A DNA stretch of 64,000 nucleotides, from contig SMSO01000025.1 in NCBI GenBank assembly GCA_004764695.1, positions 1,116,001 through 1,180,000 of the forward strand, read 5' to 3'. Made by a program: the position numbers and the translations under genes. This document shows, piece after piece, positions 13,231 through 25,704 of this stretch. Positions within the stretch are counted from its first letter, which is position 1, and each line of letters opens with the position of its first letter. The notes beneath the pieces were generated by a model. It was not told where the DNA came from. It saw only the letters and a list, made by a program, of their open reading frames with translations, and searched no databases. The DNA is from Schizochytrium sp. TIO01. Taxonomy: Eukaryota; Protista; Bigyra: Labyrinthulomycetes.

Positions 13231-14472
13231 TAAACTGTACATACATAATATATAAACTTCACCCATACCAAAGCAAGATAACCCTTTACCCCTTTACCTT
13301 ATTTACTTTTAGAAAGAATTTTTAAAACTAAAACAAACAAACAAAAACCTTTCTCTTTTCAAAGTTATTTTACTTTGCTTTTCAAATTCCAAACATGTCA
13401 TGTACATCGATCGATATGCATAAATAACTACGCATAACGCACCATCCACGAGATGATCGATGCTGTGAATACAAAACAAAGTTGAACCTGGCTGGGGTCA
13501 TCAAACAGAAGAGCACCAGTCGAACAAGATGGCAGTTCAAGTGACAAGATAACAGCGACAAAGAGGAGGAGGCTTCTCTCTGGCTAGCCACCAAAGTGCG
13601 CAGCGCTTTTCGAAGAGGTGAAAGTTTCTTTCTGTAAAGAAAAGGTAATTAATCGTTTTGACAGACATTCATTCCTTCATTCATTCTTTCAAACTTCAGA
13701 TCACGGTAAACTTCAAACGAACAGGCCTCCGCCTTACCGCATCGCCTAGGGATACGCTACCTGAAATATTTAGGACGGCCTCAGCGGGGATGAAAGTCGT
13801 CTGTATTACTGTGCATTCGCCCAGGGGGGGTTGTGAGGGCGGGGGTATGTTGCTGAGAGGGAATGGCGAGGGGCCATAAATTGTGAATTTTATGGACTTT
13901 CTCATCATTCGAAACGACGCAAACTCGTGTATCGAGGCCCGAGCCGCTTCGAAGGTCTCTAAACAGCGGCGGTCTTCTGAAGGATACCCCCAGCTCAAGG
14001 CAAAGCCGCAGGCACAAGCCGGCGGCCACTAAGAGCTGAGAGTCAGGTCCACTCGAAGAGCTCGCGAGGTTTCTTTCCTGCGGCTGGTCTTCTTTTTCCA
14101 TAAAACATGCAATGCTTGCTTACTTTTAAAGCTTTGTAAGAGAAAGCAATTTTCTTTCATGGCTATTTTTAGAATAAAATAGTTACGAAAAGCGCGGCAA
14201 ACACAAGGGCCCTTAGGGCAGTGGTAGGCATGCGCGTAGGTGGGTAGTGCGTACTTTTCTTTTCTTCTTTTCTTCTTCTCCTTTTCTGCTTCCTTCACAG
14301 AAGCACGGCGATTTCAAATGAAAGGTGCCCCGTTAGGCCTCTTTTCTTCGCGCTTCCCAAACTAACTTAACTTTGTCTGATGTCTCCCAAACTTGAGAGA
14401 GACAAAGGAAAAAATAAAATAAAATGGGATTCAAAAATCCGCAAACTTATTTCGAGTTTATCATTTTTCAAA

Positions 14473-14522
14473 TTTTGAAATCGCAAAAGTTTTTGAAATC
14501 GCAAAGTTTTTGAAATTGCAAA
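14473..14522. repeat. Three tandem copies of a 17-18 bp unit TTTTGAAATCGCAAA(A)G
   Basis: ttttgaaatcgcaaaagt ttttgaaatcgcaaagt ttttgaaattgcaaa. Confidence 0.85.
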
Positions 14523-16212
14523 TCCTCGCAGATACATAGATTTTGCGAGCAAACCAACATCGACCACAGACTCGTTCTCCAAGCTGCCAACGCGTGGGCC
14601 CTCGCGCAGGGCCTCAAGTCGAGCGGCTCTCCTGGCGAGGACGACTGCATGCGTGCGTGTATGCGTGTGTGCCTGCGTGCGTGCGTGTGAGCGGAGCATC
14701 TCTACTTCAAGAAAGATCATGGGAACCGGCAGCGATTCTGTTCGTCGCAGCCGCTGAGTCTTGGACTGCCACTGATCACATACGCTAAACTGTAGGCCTC
14801 TCCTGCAAGGAAGCGAGCAAGAGAACCAAATTCAAGTCAAACTCAGAGCTTGCCTGCTTGGAAACCCAGGCATCGGCGATGCCAAGCGGCCAGCAAACCG
14901 TCTCGGGCGCCGCCTCTTTCGTGGACCTGCCGAGGATACGCCAGGCCACGCCCGGCTTGGATGGCGAGCGCGGCCCTCCTCGCGAGGGTCTCACTGGTTT
15001 CTCCAGAAGACCTCCTCTCGAGGTTCTCTCTTTCTCTTTCTTCATCATCTCTGCTCGCTCACTCACTCACTCACTGTAGATCAACCGGTGCCTCGTAGGC
15101 AAAACACTAAGAGGCACCTAGCGCGCGACGACGAACAGAAAGCAAGCAAGTCTTTTTAGTTTTCCTCAGAGCGGGTAAAAGAGGCCTAACGCACTCGAGG
15201 CGAGACAAAAGAAAAGGAGCGCGAGGCCTATGCCCCGCTACGCTAAACGCGTAAGAGCGCCGCGCCACCGCAAAGAAAACTTTGCGCAACTACAGCGACT
15301 CCCTCTCTCTGTAATCCTTCGTCTTCTTGTTGTTTTGATTATTGTTGTTGTTGTTTAAGTTTAAGTTTAAGTTTTTACTTCTTACGATAAATAAATGATG
15401 ATTCAAGTCCTCAAATTGCAAGAATCAAAGCAGCAGAGTAGTAGCGAATAAACTTCGATCGACCGCCTCTGAGGAGAACCAAAGTCCGCTCGAAACGCTC
15501 GCTCATCGAAGTCAGGGAAAGGGTCGCTCTGATAGGCAGCATAGCAGCCAACCAATTAGACCAACCAAAGGAGGGAACCGCAAGGAAAGATGGAATTGGC
15601 GAAAGCGCAGTATGCGCAAGAGAATTGCTGCGATGCATGTGAGTGGAGTGCTTACTTACTCGCTCATCTAACAGTTAGGTAGCATTGGACCACACTAATA
15701 AGGCCCACGGGCCTCCTAAGCTAAAGCCCAGGAGTGCGCTCTTCTCCTCCCGAGCTTACTATTATTTAAATTTTTATTTTCAATGAAAAAAATAGTAAGA
15801 ATAAGAATAAGAAGAATAATAATGAGCCAGTGTCTTCATTTGTCTGTTTGTTTCAAGTTGTTTGGCGGAAGGAAAAGAAAAGAAAAGTAGCCGTCGGGAG
15901 CGTGTGGACCCGGCGATAATGGCTTTTCCAAGGCTCATGAAAGCTCGAGAGACAGCATAGAGAAAGGAGATATCGAAGAGCGAGCATTCGTCAAGGGGAA
16001 AAGTGCTGCGAAACGCCCTTTAATTGAATTTAGCAGAACGCTGCGGAGCTCTTTCTTGCTTTCGGATCGAGGAGCGGTATCCTTTTTTTCTTTTCTTTTT
16101 TAATTAAAAAGCAAAAGTGTTTTGCACCTTGAAAAAACCGTCAGAGAATGAATATCAAAGGATCTCGCATCTTGATTTGTGATGTTGAACGTGCAGGTTC
16201 TCGTAAGCCTAG

Positions 16213-16253
16213 CTTCTTCTTCTTCTTCTTCTTCTTCTTCTTCTTCTTCTTCT
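16213..16253. repeat. (CTT)n microsatellite
   Basis: Direct read. Confidence 0.9.
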
Positions 16254-17209
16254 GCTCGTGTATCCTCTGGCGCCCACAGTCTGGTGTGTTTTCGCTAGCC
16301 AGTATCGATGGAACCAGGCCACCGGCTTTTGCATTTGCTGTTTACAGTTGTTATTCGTCCGTCATTCACTTATTATTCTGTTTTACCTCATTTTGAAATT
16401 TTCAAAGCCTAACCTTCTTTATCTTTCACCTTCAAGTTGTTTTCAACACTTTTTACATCTCTTTTTAATGTTAACAACAAAATGTTTTAATTTTTTTTGG
16501 AGCTATATCTGGCGAAGAAGTGCTGGTTAGAGAGGTTCTAGGGTTTATAGTAGGAGGACACGACATCGTCTGCATTGCGCAAGAGCACAAGTACCAATCT
16601 GCGGAGGAGGCAAAGTACTGCCTAGATGGATCGATACGATGATTGGCATCAAAGCTGGTGAGCGAGAGAACCAGCAAGCAATTTGAAGCGATGGAGGCGA
16701 TGGTGATAAAGGCACTCTGATGACAATGCCGCAGCAACCGATTGATTCGTTATGAAGATTCGTTAAGCTGCCTGGAGTTTCTTTAAAACAACACATTGCG
16801 TTTTACTGCCTGAAGCGATGGTTGAAAACGAAGAGGTTGAGCTTGGCAATGGATATTCATATTCATATTCAACGCCGCCTCATTCATTCACCGGATTCGA
16901 GGAAAGTAACGCATGCAGACAGGTTTTTGTTTATAGCAGGTAGAGCGAATTTGCAAGGACCCTCGGCCCAAGAAGCAGTGAACCTGGCTTGATCAGAAGG
17001 TCCCGGAGAACCCCGAGATGGTGAGATAGATGCTTGCTCTACGAAGCTAGTATCACTAAGAACCACAGAACTAAGCGCCCTGAAGAATGTGAGCGAGTGA
17101 GAGTTCGAGCAACTCAAACACTCAAGCTAGCACGTACCTCATAAACCTCTAGAGATGTTGTAGCTGTGGGCAATCGCAGAAGCGCCTACTCCTCATGTCA
17201 TCTTTAGCC

Positions 17210-17240
<31 letters not shown>
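17210..17240. repeat. (GATA)n microsatellite
   Basis: Direct read. Confidence 0.9.
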
Positions 17241-17429
17241 GGATGATAGGTTCCCAGGTATTGACTACCTGTCCTGTGAAAAGAATGATGATGATGTAAG
17301 CGACTTGAAAGAAAGGTGTGCCCACACACTCATGACGCTGCCACGAACCAGTGGGAACGCGGCGTTTTCTTGATCTGCCCAGACAAAAGAAAAGGAAGAA
17401 CCAGTGGGCTAATACGCAGGTAAGGGTTA

Positions 17430-17464
17430 TAGCTAGCTAGCTAGCTAGCTAGCTAGCTAGCTAG
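17430..17464. repeat. (AGCT)8 palindromic microsatellite
   Basis: Direct read; the unit is self-complementary. Confidence 0.9.
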
Positions 17465-19176
17465 GCCTACTATAGTCACAACTCGATGAGTCAATGAATT
17501 CCTACCTACTCATCGCCAGCGTTGGAAAAGTTGAAGGTTGACGCAACACGAGGATTGTTGGAGATGAATTGCCTTAAAGGCAGGACAAATCTCGAAAGTC
17601 TCTTGTATGTTCGGAGCTGATGATCAAAGAATGACCTTCGTACGAATGAAGAGTGAGTGGCAGAATTAATTGCCTTCTACAAGTTGTTGTACGTGTCCTC
17701 GTCATTTACAGGGGAAATCGTCGTGTGTGACGGCGTTGCTTGAGTTTTACAAAAGTGGGTAGACTGCGATACCAGTAGAAAAAGAAGGTAACTAGAGTGG
17801 AGTTGGTCTCTTGAAGTGATGTAGATGATGGTTCTCTCGGGGGTTTTGCAGTTCTTGGCCGGTGCCTCGGCGGTGATGAAGATGCTCGACAGTGTAAGAC
17901 TGTCCCAAAACCGCATCTCAAGGTTCTTTGCAATTCGTTGCGGATCAAATGCATGTTGCTGGAATCCTCTTGAATGAAGATGATGACGAATAGTCACTTA
18001 GAAAGGTGATGAATGGAGTCACATCAAGAGATTCACTTGAAGGTTTTACTATACGGCGACTTCGTCACGATATCCACAAGAACAGTCGTGGTAGCTGGCC
18101 TTGTCGCCTTTGCTGCGGAAGAAGCGGAAGATTGAAAAAGTCGTAAGCGTGCTCAGCACGAGATCCCAAGGGAATTCGCAACGCAAATTTCTATTTCTGT
18201 TTGTAGCTCGTGAGTCGTGAAATCTCCTTCCTACTTTCAGAGCTATCTTATTCCTGACCCGTGAGTCTAATTTCAGACCGGTGAGACCAATGCTCAACAC
18301 CAAAATGTGGCGCACTTTCTTCCTTTCCCACTTCGTTCACCAAGTAAATGTAACTCTCGCAGAACCGACAATAGATAGTACCACTACCTAGGCTCGCCTC
18401 CAACAGAAGCGAGGTCAATTGTAGATGAAATTGAGACTTGGTTCCTCTCTAAATCCAGAGGGTCTGTCTGCAAGATAAGCTAGGCAGTTATGAAGGACTG
18501 GCTACCCATGAACAGGCCCTCAAATTGAACCTGATCTTCAGGCCTGTCAGCACCTAGTTAGCAGTGATCACGCCGATCCTCTTTGCAGAGTCCACAACCT
18601 CTTTAAAAGATGCGAGCGAATCACAAATCGATTGGTCTACTCAATCTCAAGAATTGGTTGAATTTCACTCTCCGTGTTTGAGATGCGTAATACTGCAGAG
18701 GAAATGCCTACATAAAGGCTTTCCAAGGCTAGTCATAGGTATTCTCTTTCATTGCACTCCTTACCAGCCACCCGGAGCCAAGTCCCCACTCGAAAACCCC
18801 ATAATATAGCAACAGGTACTAGTAGTACTATAAGTGGATAGAGGTAGCCAATGGCCGCCGGAAAATACGAAGAAAAAGGCAAAAGCAGAATAAGAGGTTA
18901 AATGGTCCACAATAGAGATATGTAATGAGTGAAAGGCGAGGGTAATTAGGTCTTTTTTCTCAAGCGGAATTGCAAATGGGTTGTGCAGATAGGCCTTTTG
19001 GGGATTGGCTGGCCGCCACGAGAAAGCGCATTCTCTGCCACAGTAGTCTCATTCGGGCGGTCTCGGCGAAGCAAAGGCTGAGCCTGAGTTGATTTGGGGA
19101 GCGCAGGGGCTGAGAAAAGGCACCTGTGCTTTGGATTCCTGCGAGGAACTCGGGTTCTAGAGCAGAGTCAACGCGG

Positions 19177-20583
19177 ATGAGCAAGATGGCGAACCCGCGG
19201 AGGAAGATGCGCAAACTTGACGAGCAGGGCGCCAAGAAGGGCGTCAAGTCGCAGGACCTGAAGGCAAAGAAGGTCGCCAAGGGAAAGAAAGTAAAGGGCC
19301 ACGAACAAAAAAATGCCAAGAAGGTGAGCAAAAACACTAAGCAGAAGCTCACCAAGAAACAGAAAATCTTGAACTGGGAACGGTCCACTGGCCAGGAAAA
19401 CATCGCCCGCAGACTCGGACTCGGCAGGCACCTGGAAGGGGAGAACAACAAACGCTCAGACGAAGATGCCACCGATGATGGGAACATTCTCGAGCAGGAT
19501 ATGGCATTCTTCTCAGAGCGTATTGAGCTGGTGCCCATTACTCACCTGCTGCCGGCTGAGGAGGAAGACGAGGAAGCCATTATTTCGCGTAAGTTCATGA
19601 AGAACACGAAGCGACAGGCACCCAAGCAGGGCGTGAAGGAGGCCAGTAAGAAGGCCAAAAGAGCTGCTAAATTTGATGAGGAACCCAAGTCTCACATGGA
19701 TCTCATTAAGGAGCACTCCGAGAAGCTCGCAGCCACGACCCGCGACCAGCTGGCCGAGGACGACGGCGAGAAGGAAGAAAACGACGGTGAGATGAAGCCG
19801 TGGGGTAAGACAGCGCCGGCACGCAGCATTGCAGAACTCAAAGAGCGTCTTCATGCCAAGATGGCGGAGCTTCGCAAGAAGCGCGAGCTTGACGGTGAGA
19901 AGAAGAAGCGTGCGCCTCGGGAAGGCAAGAAGGGCGATGCCAAGAACTCAAACAACGACAGCGATGATGACGAAAGTGACGGCATGGATGACGATGACGA
20001 TGAGGCAGCGGAACGCAAACTCCGCGAGCAGGTTGCAGCCAGCATTTCCTTTGGCGGCCTTGTTAACGAGGATAACGAAGCCATTTCTGCTAAGGGCAAA
20101 CGTGTCAAGTCCCGTAACCTCCTTGACGTTAAACGGATGCTTAAGCAGGCCGAAGAAAACAAAGCCCTCCTCGACGAACTTAAGAGCAGCACTAACCTCG
20201 AGGACCGTGAACGCGCTAAGGATCAGCTTTGGGACAAAATCGAGCAGAAGGCAAGAGGTGAGGCTGTTGCGGAACCCAAGCACCTTCGCAAGATCGCCAA
20301 ACGCCTTGAAAAGAAGAAGCAGAAGAGTTCCGAAGAGTGGGCCAAACGCAAACAGCAAGTCGAAGACTCTAAGAAGGAGAGACTTGATAAACGCGACGCC
20401 AACATCGCCCAAGCCCGTCAGCGCAAGGTTGAAAACAAACTGCGCAGGAAGGGTGTTGTGCTTGAGACCAACGAAGAGAAGCCCGGTCGCTCCCGCAACC
20501 GCGCTGGCTTTGAAGGTAGACATGCAGGATTTATTAATGACACATCTGCCACGAAAAAGACCCCCAGCAAAAAGGGAGAATAA
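19177..20583 (+). CDS. SURF6: Surfeit locus protein 6 / Rrp14 family nucleolar protein
   Basis: Lys/Glu-rich. Contains ELKERLHAKMAELRKKR, the SURF6 core WDKIEQKARGEAVAEPKHLRKIAKRLEKKKQKSSEEWAKR and C-terminal RAGFEG. First ATG is at 19177 (alternative 19186). Confidence 0.9.
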   Translation: MSKMANPRRKMRKLDEQGAKKGVKSQDLKAKKVAKGKKVKGHEQKNAKKVSKNTKQKLTKKQKILNWERSTGQENIARRLGLGRHLEGENNKRSDEDATDDGNILEQDMAFFSERIELVPITHLLPAEEEDEEAIISRKFMKNTKRQAPKQGVKEASKKAKRAAKFDEEPKSHMDLIKEHSEKLAATTRDQLAEDDGEKEENDGEMKPWGKTAPARSIAELKERLHAKMAELRKKRELDGEKKKRAPREGKKGDAKNSNNDSDDDESDGMDDDDDEAAERKLREQVAASISFGGLVNEDNEAISAKGKRVKSRNLLDVKRMLKQAEENKALLDELKSSTNLEDRERAKDQLWDKIEQKARGEAVAEPKHLRKIAKRLEKKKQKSSEEWAKRKQQVEDSKKERLDKRDANIAQARQRKVENKLRRKGVVLETNEEKPGRSRNRAGFEGRHAGFINDTSATKKTPSKKGE

Positions 20584-21073
20584 ACTCCCACCGTATAATG
20601 TCACATCACATCAACCTTATTTTGTGTTCTCTCTGAAGCGAAAAAAGTGCCCCAGCTCCTCACAAAACCAACCAAAGAGGCATCAGCAGAGGCAACTAGT
20701 AATAATTCAAGAGCTAGTATCTCTAGAAATAGCTCATATTGCAATGAATGACCTTGAATTGCCCACTTTCCTGCGTATTATGCAGTCCTCCTTTGATCAA
20801 AACCTTTTCTTATACCTTTTTAATGTTGTGCTACAAATAGCTAAAATTATTCCAATTAGGCTCCTTAGCCGAGAAAAGTTGGCTGCCACGTTTCATGAAC
20901 TCGTCTTTCCCAGGTTGACGCTTGAATAAGTTTCTAATCGATCATGAGCAAGTTGTGCATCGATCAGTGAAGAACATGCAGGAAAGAAAAGAAAAGCAGC
21001 TGCCACTGAGTGATGCAATCAGATTTTTTGCGAGATGAATCAAAACATTATTAGAATATGTTCATTCGAAAAA

Positions 21074-24000
21074 CTAAGGTTCGCCCCCCTCTTCCTCGTG
21101 ATTTAAATCCTGATTTGTTAAAGTCAGTGAACCTTGCTCACTCGCGTTGTCTGACTCTTCTGTGGGAACCACTGAGCTTTCCTCACTTCTAGAACCTGTT
21201 TCTTCCCCACCCTCCTTGCATAACACCATGTCACGCTCGCTACTTTCCTCTTCTCCAGGTTTCTTTTCATTGTCAAACGTAGAGTTTCTTGTTAAACTAT
21301 CATCAGACTTGCAGAGCTCGTTTTCTCTTTGAGGAATCTCTTTGGAATCTCCGACTTTGCAAAGTCTCATTTTCGAAGCTCGTGTGCGTAAGGTCTCTGC
21401 CTTCGCGTGGTCTTCATGGGCACGTGGACAATGCCCTAAGATCCGAATTGCACATTCAAGATGCTCTTTCGCTTGTCTACCTTTCTCATTATCAATCTCG
21501 CCACAGGCGCGGTACTTGGAGACGGCAAAATTCCATAGCCAAGTCGAAAGAAATCTTCGCTCCACCTGTGTCATATATGCTTCAGCATGCGCCTCACCAA
21601 TTTGAGCAGCTTGCAGAGCCCAGTTGAGAGATTCTTCCTCAGTTTCCGCATACTTCACTAATAACACTAAAAGTCTGCCCATTCTTGGGCCTGATGGGTG
21701 CACTCTTGTAAGTTCTACTTGCAGTGCCTGTTGCAATAGTTGGCAAGCTCCACGGTCATCACCAACGGAAAGCGCAAAAAGAGCAAATTGAGCCATTTTG
21801 TCAGCAGATTGCAGTACAAATTGAGGTGCAGTTGGTGAGCAAAGGTACTGCGCTATCAAAGCAACAGACGAATTTGGCTCTGCCAGTTGTTGCAGCCATT
21901 CGAGACTGCATCTTAATCGTTTATCAAGCACTCCTGAACCTGCTGTTGCTTCAGGTACCTCAAGTCCTGGTTCACCTAAGAAAGCTCCAACCACGTTGTC
22001 CAATACTACATCAGCTAGACTACATATAGCTTGATCCACAGCAGCCGCGCGTCGAGCTTTCAGAACAGACTCTTCATCGTCTGGTGCATCACATATACTC
22101 ACTAAAGCATCACTTGCCTTGGCACATACGGTATACACCATGCCTTCGAGATTGTCCCTCATGCAACTCTCTTGGTCTCGAATGGTTGAGCGTAAATGCG
22201 GTAAAACGTCTTTTGCAAGCCTCCAAGTTACTGCTTGGATCCAAAGTAAGCTGGCTTCAATTTGCTCCCCAGATCGCGTTGCACTTGGAGTCCAGTCAAT
22301 GGACTTATCCTTGATGTTAGATTCATCATCATGTTTCCCGGTGTACAAGATCGACTGTAGCATTGAATCAACGATTTCAATGATTCGAGTATGATCCTGT
22401 GATAACGTAAAACCCACTTCCCCGGAATACTCAAATGCCATCTCCGAAGGTACAAGACCAATTCGTGAGAGCGCAACACTTATGGTCAAATGTACCCATA
22501 CAACATCACGAGTTTGCACATGTGCGAGAACTTTAGCAAGGTCAGGCAACGCCCCAAGATCCGTTGCTATGATCCCGCAATGTGCGATTTCTGCAGGGCT
22601 ACATGAGGGATTTGCAAATAGCATCTGCATCGACGCATGTGCTCCTTGGTAGTCTCCAATGTGCATTTGGATTTCAAACAAAAGACTACTCAGTCTAGCC
22701 TGAGCTTCTGGCGTGAATAATCTGCATTGCGAGCTCGCCTTCTCACCATGCTGTAAGGCATCACGCCACGCCTTCCGTTGGGTCAAGTACTCCGTCAAGA
22801 CTAAATGTGCGTATGCGCAAGCCGTGTCGTCATGAGGGCAAAAGTTCAGTAAGAGGCGGGCTGTCGTTGAAGCCCCGTCCACATCCTGGCCTCTCTGCTG
22901 CCGTATGAGCCTCTTCCATAATTCGCTCAAAAGTACAAGTGAGTCTGCTGGATTCATTTCTACACTTGCGAGGTCTTCTAGGACGAGACTCGCCATTGAG
23001 CTAGGCGTCGTTTCAGGCAAACTTTGTAAAACCTCGATGCGCATAGAGAGGCGCTGAGCACTTGTGGCTTTTCCAAAGCACGCTTCGGCTTCAAGATAGG
23101 TATCTCGGAATGTCTCCTCATCAAACCCGAAAGTCTCGCAATAGTTCATGCAGACTAGCTTAAGAAGTTTCCATACTCTCGTAAATGTGTCATCGCGCTC
23201 AGAATGGGACTTCTCAACCAGAATATTTTCGTCTTCATTAGCCTCTTTAGCCTCTTCAGCCTCTTTGGTCTCGAATTGATTCTTCTCTTGTGCTGCCGGG
23301 GATACTGCTTCGCCCTTGCGAATAATGTTAAGAGCGTCAAGGAATAGATGAAATGAGTTTCTAGCACTCCCACAGGCATCTTCAAAAGATTGATGACTTT
23401 TTGAAGAAGCCCCTTCCGTCGGCCTTAGAGCCTCAACTTCTGCAAGTGCCAACTTGACGCGAACAGATGCTTCCTTCACGAGTTGAATTCCCTGATGACA
23501 TTGATCCCCAGAGCCTTTCTCCTGTGGATCCACAACAAGACTCCATGAGAGTCGAGTTGAGGTTGTATGGGGATCTAAAGCAAGATCCTGTCGTAAGCGG
23601 CTAGCCGTTTCCAATGTTACACTGGCCAGCCCTCGATCTCCAGTTGCAATTTGCATATCTGCCATTGCTACAAGATCATCAAGACGAGCTTCTTGATCAA
23701 ATGTTGCAGCAGGAAACCATTTCTCAAGTGCCTCAAACAATGCAAGCCCGTCTTCCAAATGCTCACCTCTTTCATAAACTAAAAGAGCAAGCTTCCGTGT
23801 AATTAGCCACGTATGGCGCCGAAAAGAAGGTCGTACGCGAGTGCCTAGAATCTCCATTGCAGTTCGCCACATGTCACAGAGAAACTGTAAACGTTGTAGA
23901 GCAGAATCCTCCTCAGAAACTTCCAAATTCGTGAATGTGAAAGCACCATGAAACACACTGGCAGAAAAGTCATTCTCTTCTTGAGTAGCAGTGGAGGGAT

Positions 24001-24704
24001 CATCGGAGTTGATTTTGAGAGCATCTTTTAAAGGAAGAATACCAAAGCCCCTCCGAAAAGATGCCAGGGCAAGATGAGACCCTTCCTTGAAGTTGACTTC
24101 CCTGCAGTTGCAAAGTTCCATAGCTTTGAGGCTTGTACGAACGTAACATAAAAGTAGTGCACGTTTTGCCAATCGGCCAGCTTCCATACAACGAATGGCA
24201 AACACACGCATGTGGAGAACAGCCATGGTGGCTGGCTCAAGAGCTCGAGCAACGTTGTAGAGCCGAATCCCGTGAGAACGCAGAGACTCTTGTGTTTGCG
24301 CGTGGTCTACAACCCCAAACCCATCAATATGCTGCAATACCTCCAGAGACCCAGGACTCTGCCCGAGAACATTTTCGAAAAGAGTGCAGAGCTCATTTGT
24401 AGCTCTGCCCTGCTCCAAATTAATTGCAAGAATGCCAACATCAACGGATCGCGATTCCAGTTTGAATTTTCTTGGATTGATCGGGAGTTAGACACCAAGA
24501 TTAAAGAATTCAAGCATATTGTTAGCCTAAGTTGATTTATGCGCTTCAGTTGCAAGAACGATCGCACACACGTGCATATTATTCTTATAGTAAAGCAAAG
24601 ATGATCATCTCTTAAGTCATCAATCGCCATCGCAATAAGATTGTAGTACTTACTCTTCGATATTCCAAACACAGCTGATCTACCGCAGCTGCTACGGCAC
24701 TCAT
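21074..24704 (-). CDS. ZIP4/Spo22/TEX11-like meiotic TPR solenoid protein; exons complement(24654..24704) + complement(21074..24409), about 1128 aa
   Basis: The main ORF lacks an early ATG. The upstream exon MSAVAAAVDQLCLEYRR ends at a GTAAGT donor (24653) in phase 0 with the CAG acceptor at 24412-24410. N-terminal GIRLYNVA...LHMRVFAIRCM and C-terminal ERRFLSTWLWNFAVSKY...AKEHLECAIRILGH resemble ZIP4/TEX11 motifs. The CDS is confident; the family call is moderate. Confidence 0.65.
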
Positions 24705-24831
24705 CCGTAAGGAGGAGGCCTCCATAGCACTAGGCGTGGCCCTTTCGATGCTCGAGACCCCCTTAAAATACGACAAATATTTGCCTCCAAATGGTTTTTG
24801 TATGCTCGATATATCTGAATGACAACGTCTA

Positions 24832-24930
24832 GATTCAAATATTTGAATTTTAAATATTCAAATTCAAATTCAAATTCAAATTCGATTTCTCGAATTATCA
24901 ATGTCAAAATTCAAAATTCAAACTCAAATG
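24832..24930. repeat. (TTCAAA)n degenerate hexamer array upstream of the ZIP4-like gene
   Basis: attcaaatatttgaattttaaatattcaaattcaaattcaaattcaaattc...aattcaaaattcaaactcaaa. Confidence 0.8.
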
Positions 24931-25664
24931 TTTGATTTAAATTATAAAGTGAATTCACCATTGAATAATATCCATCCTAGCACACCTGCCATGACGTCGT
25001 AACCAAGGTCTTATCTGTTCAAGTTATTGCAAGCTCTTCGACTACTGATCCTGCATCTGCAGATAATCTGACATTATGTGATTATGTGTACCTGTCGTTC
25101 TACTATGACTCGTAGAACATTCTTTGTTCATGAGATTGTTTTCTGGGTTGTTGGTCGTTCACCTTTCAGAGCCTACTTGATCTAACTGCTACAACCAGCA
25201 CTGTTATAGATTAGAGCACATATAAAGTACATCAATGATTGAACGTACAACCTCTGGTATTACATTTTAAACCGGAGAATGAGGCATACACCAGCCATTC
25301 ATTACCCTATTCCTTTCGTGAAACGAAGCAGAAAACATATGTTCATTTCATTCATCACAAATTTGAGCTTGGAAATTACTCAGAGACATATTATTTAACT
25401 ACTTGGTACTGGAAATCCGTGACACAATTGCAAGCTTGGCCTGTTCAAAGTGTAGTGCTCAGTAGGATGGCCTCCCTCTTCCAGACACGAAATGTCTGAG
25501 AGATACTTGCCGCCAGGTTCACAGTGATAGTAGGTAGGCAGGTAGCCTACCAACTTGCCCTCGCAACAACAGTGATCCTTCTATCTATCTGCAGGCTTGG
25601 CAAGCAATGGTTCGCGATAGTCTGCCTAAGCAGCCCATGAGCTCCACGCCCAGGGATTCGGAAT

Positions 25665-25704
25665 CTCTCGGTTCGACCTTTCTTCCTCTCGGTTCGACCT
25701 TTCT
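25665..25704. repeat. Tandem duplication of 19 bp CTCTCGGTTCGACCTTTCT (21-bp period)
   Basis: Two identical copies read directly. Confidence 0.85.

Noticed and set aside
19829-20929. 366-aa alternative-frame ORF overlapping SURF6
   Set aside because: Off-frame by-product with Arg/Ser/Thr-rich composition and a non-ATG start.
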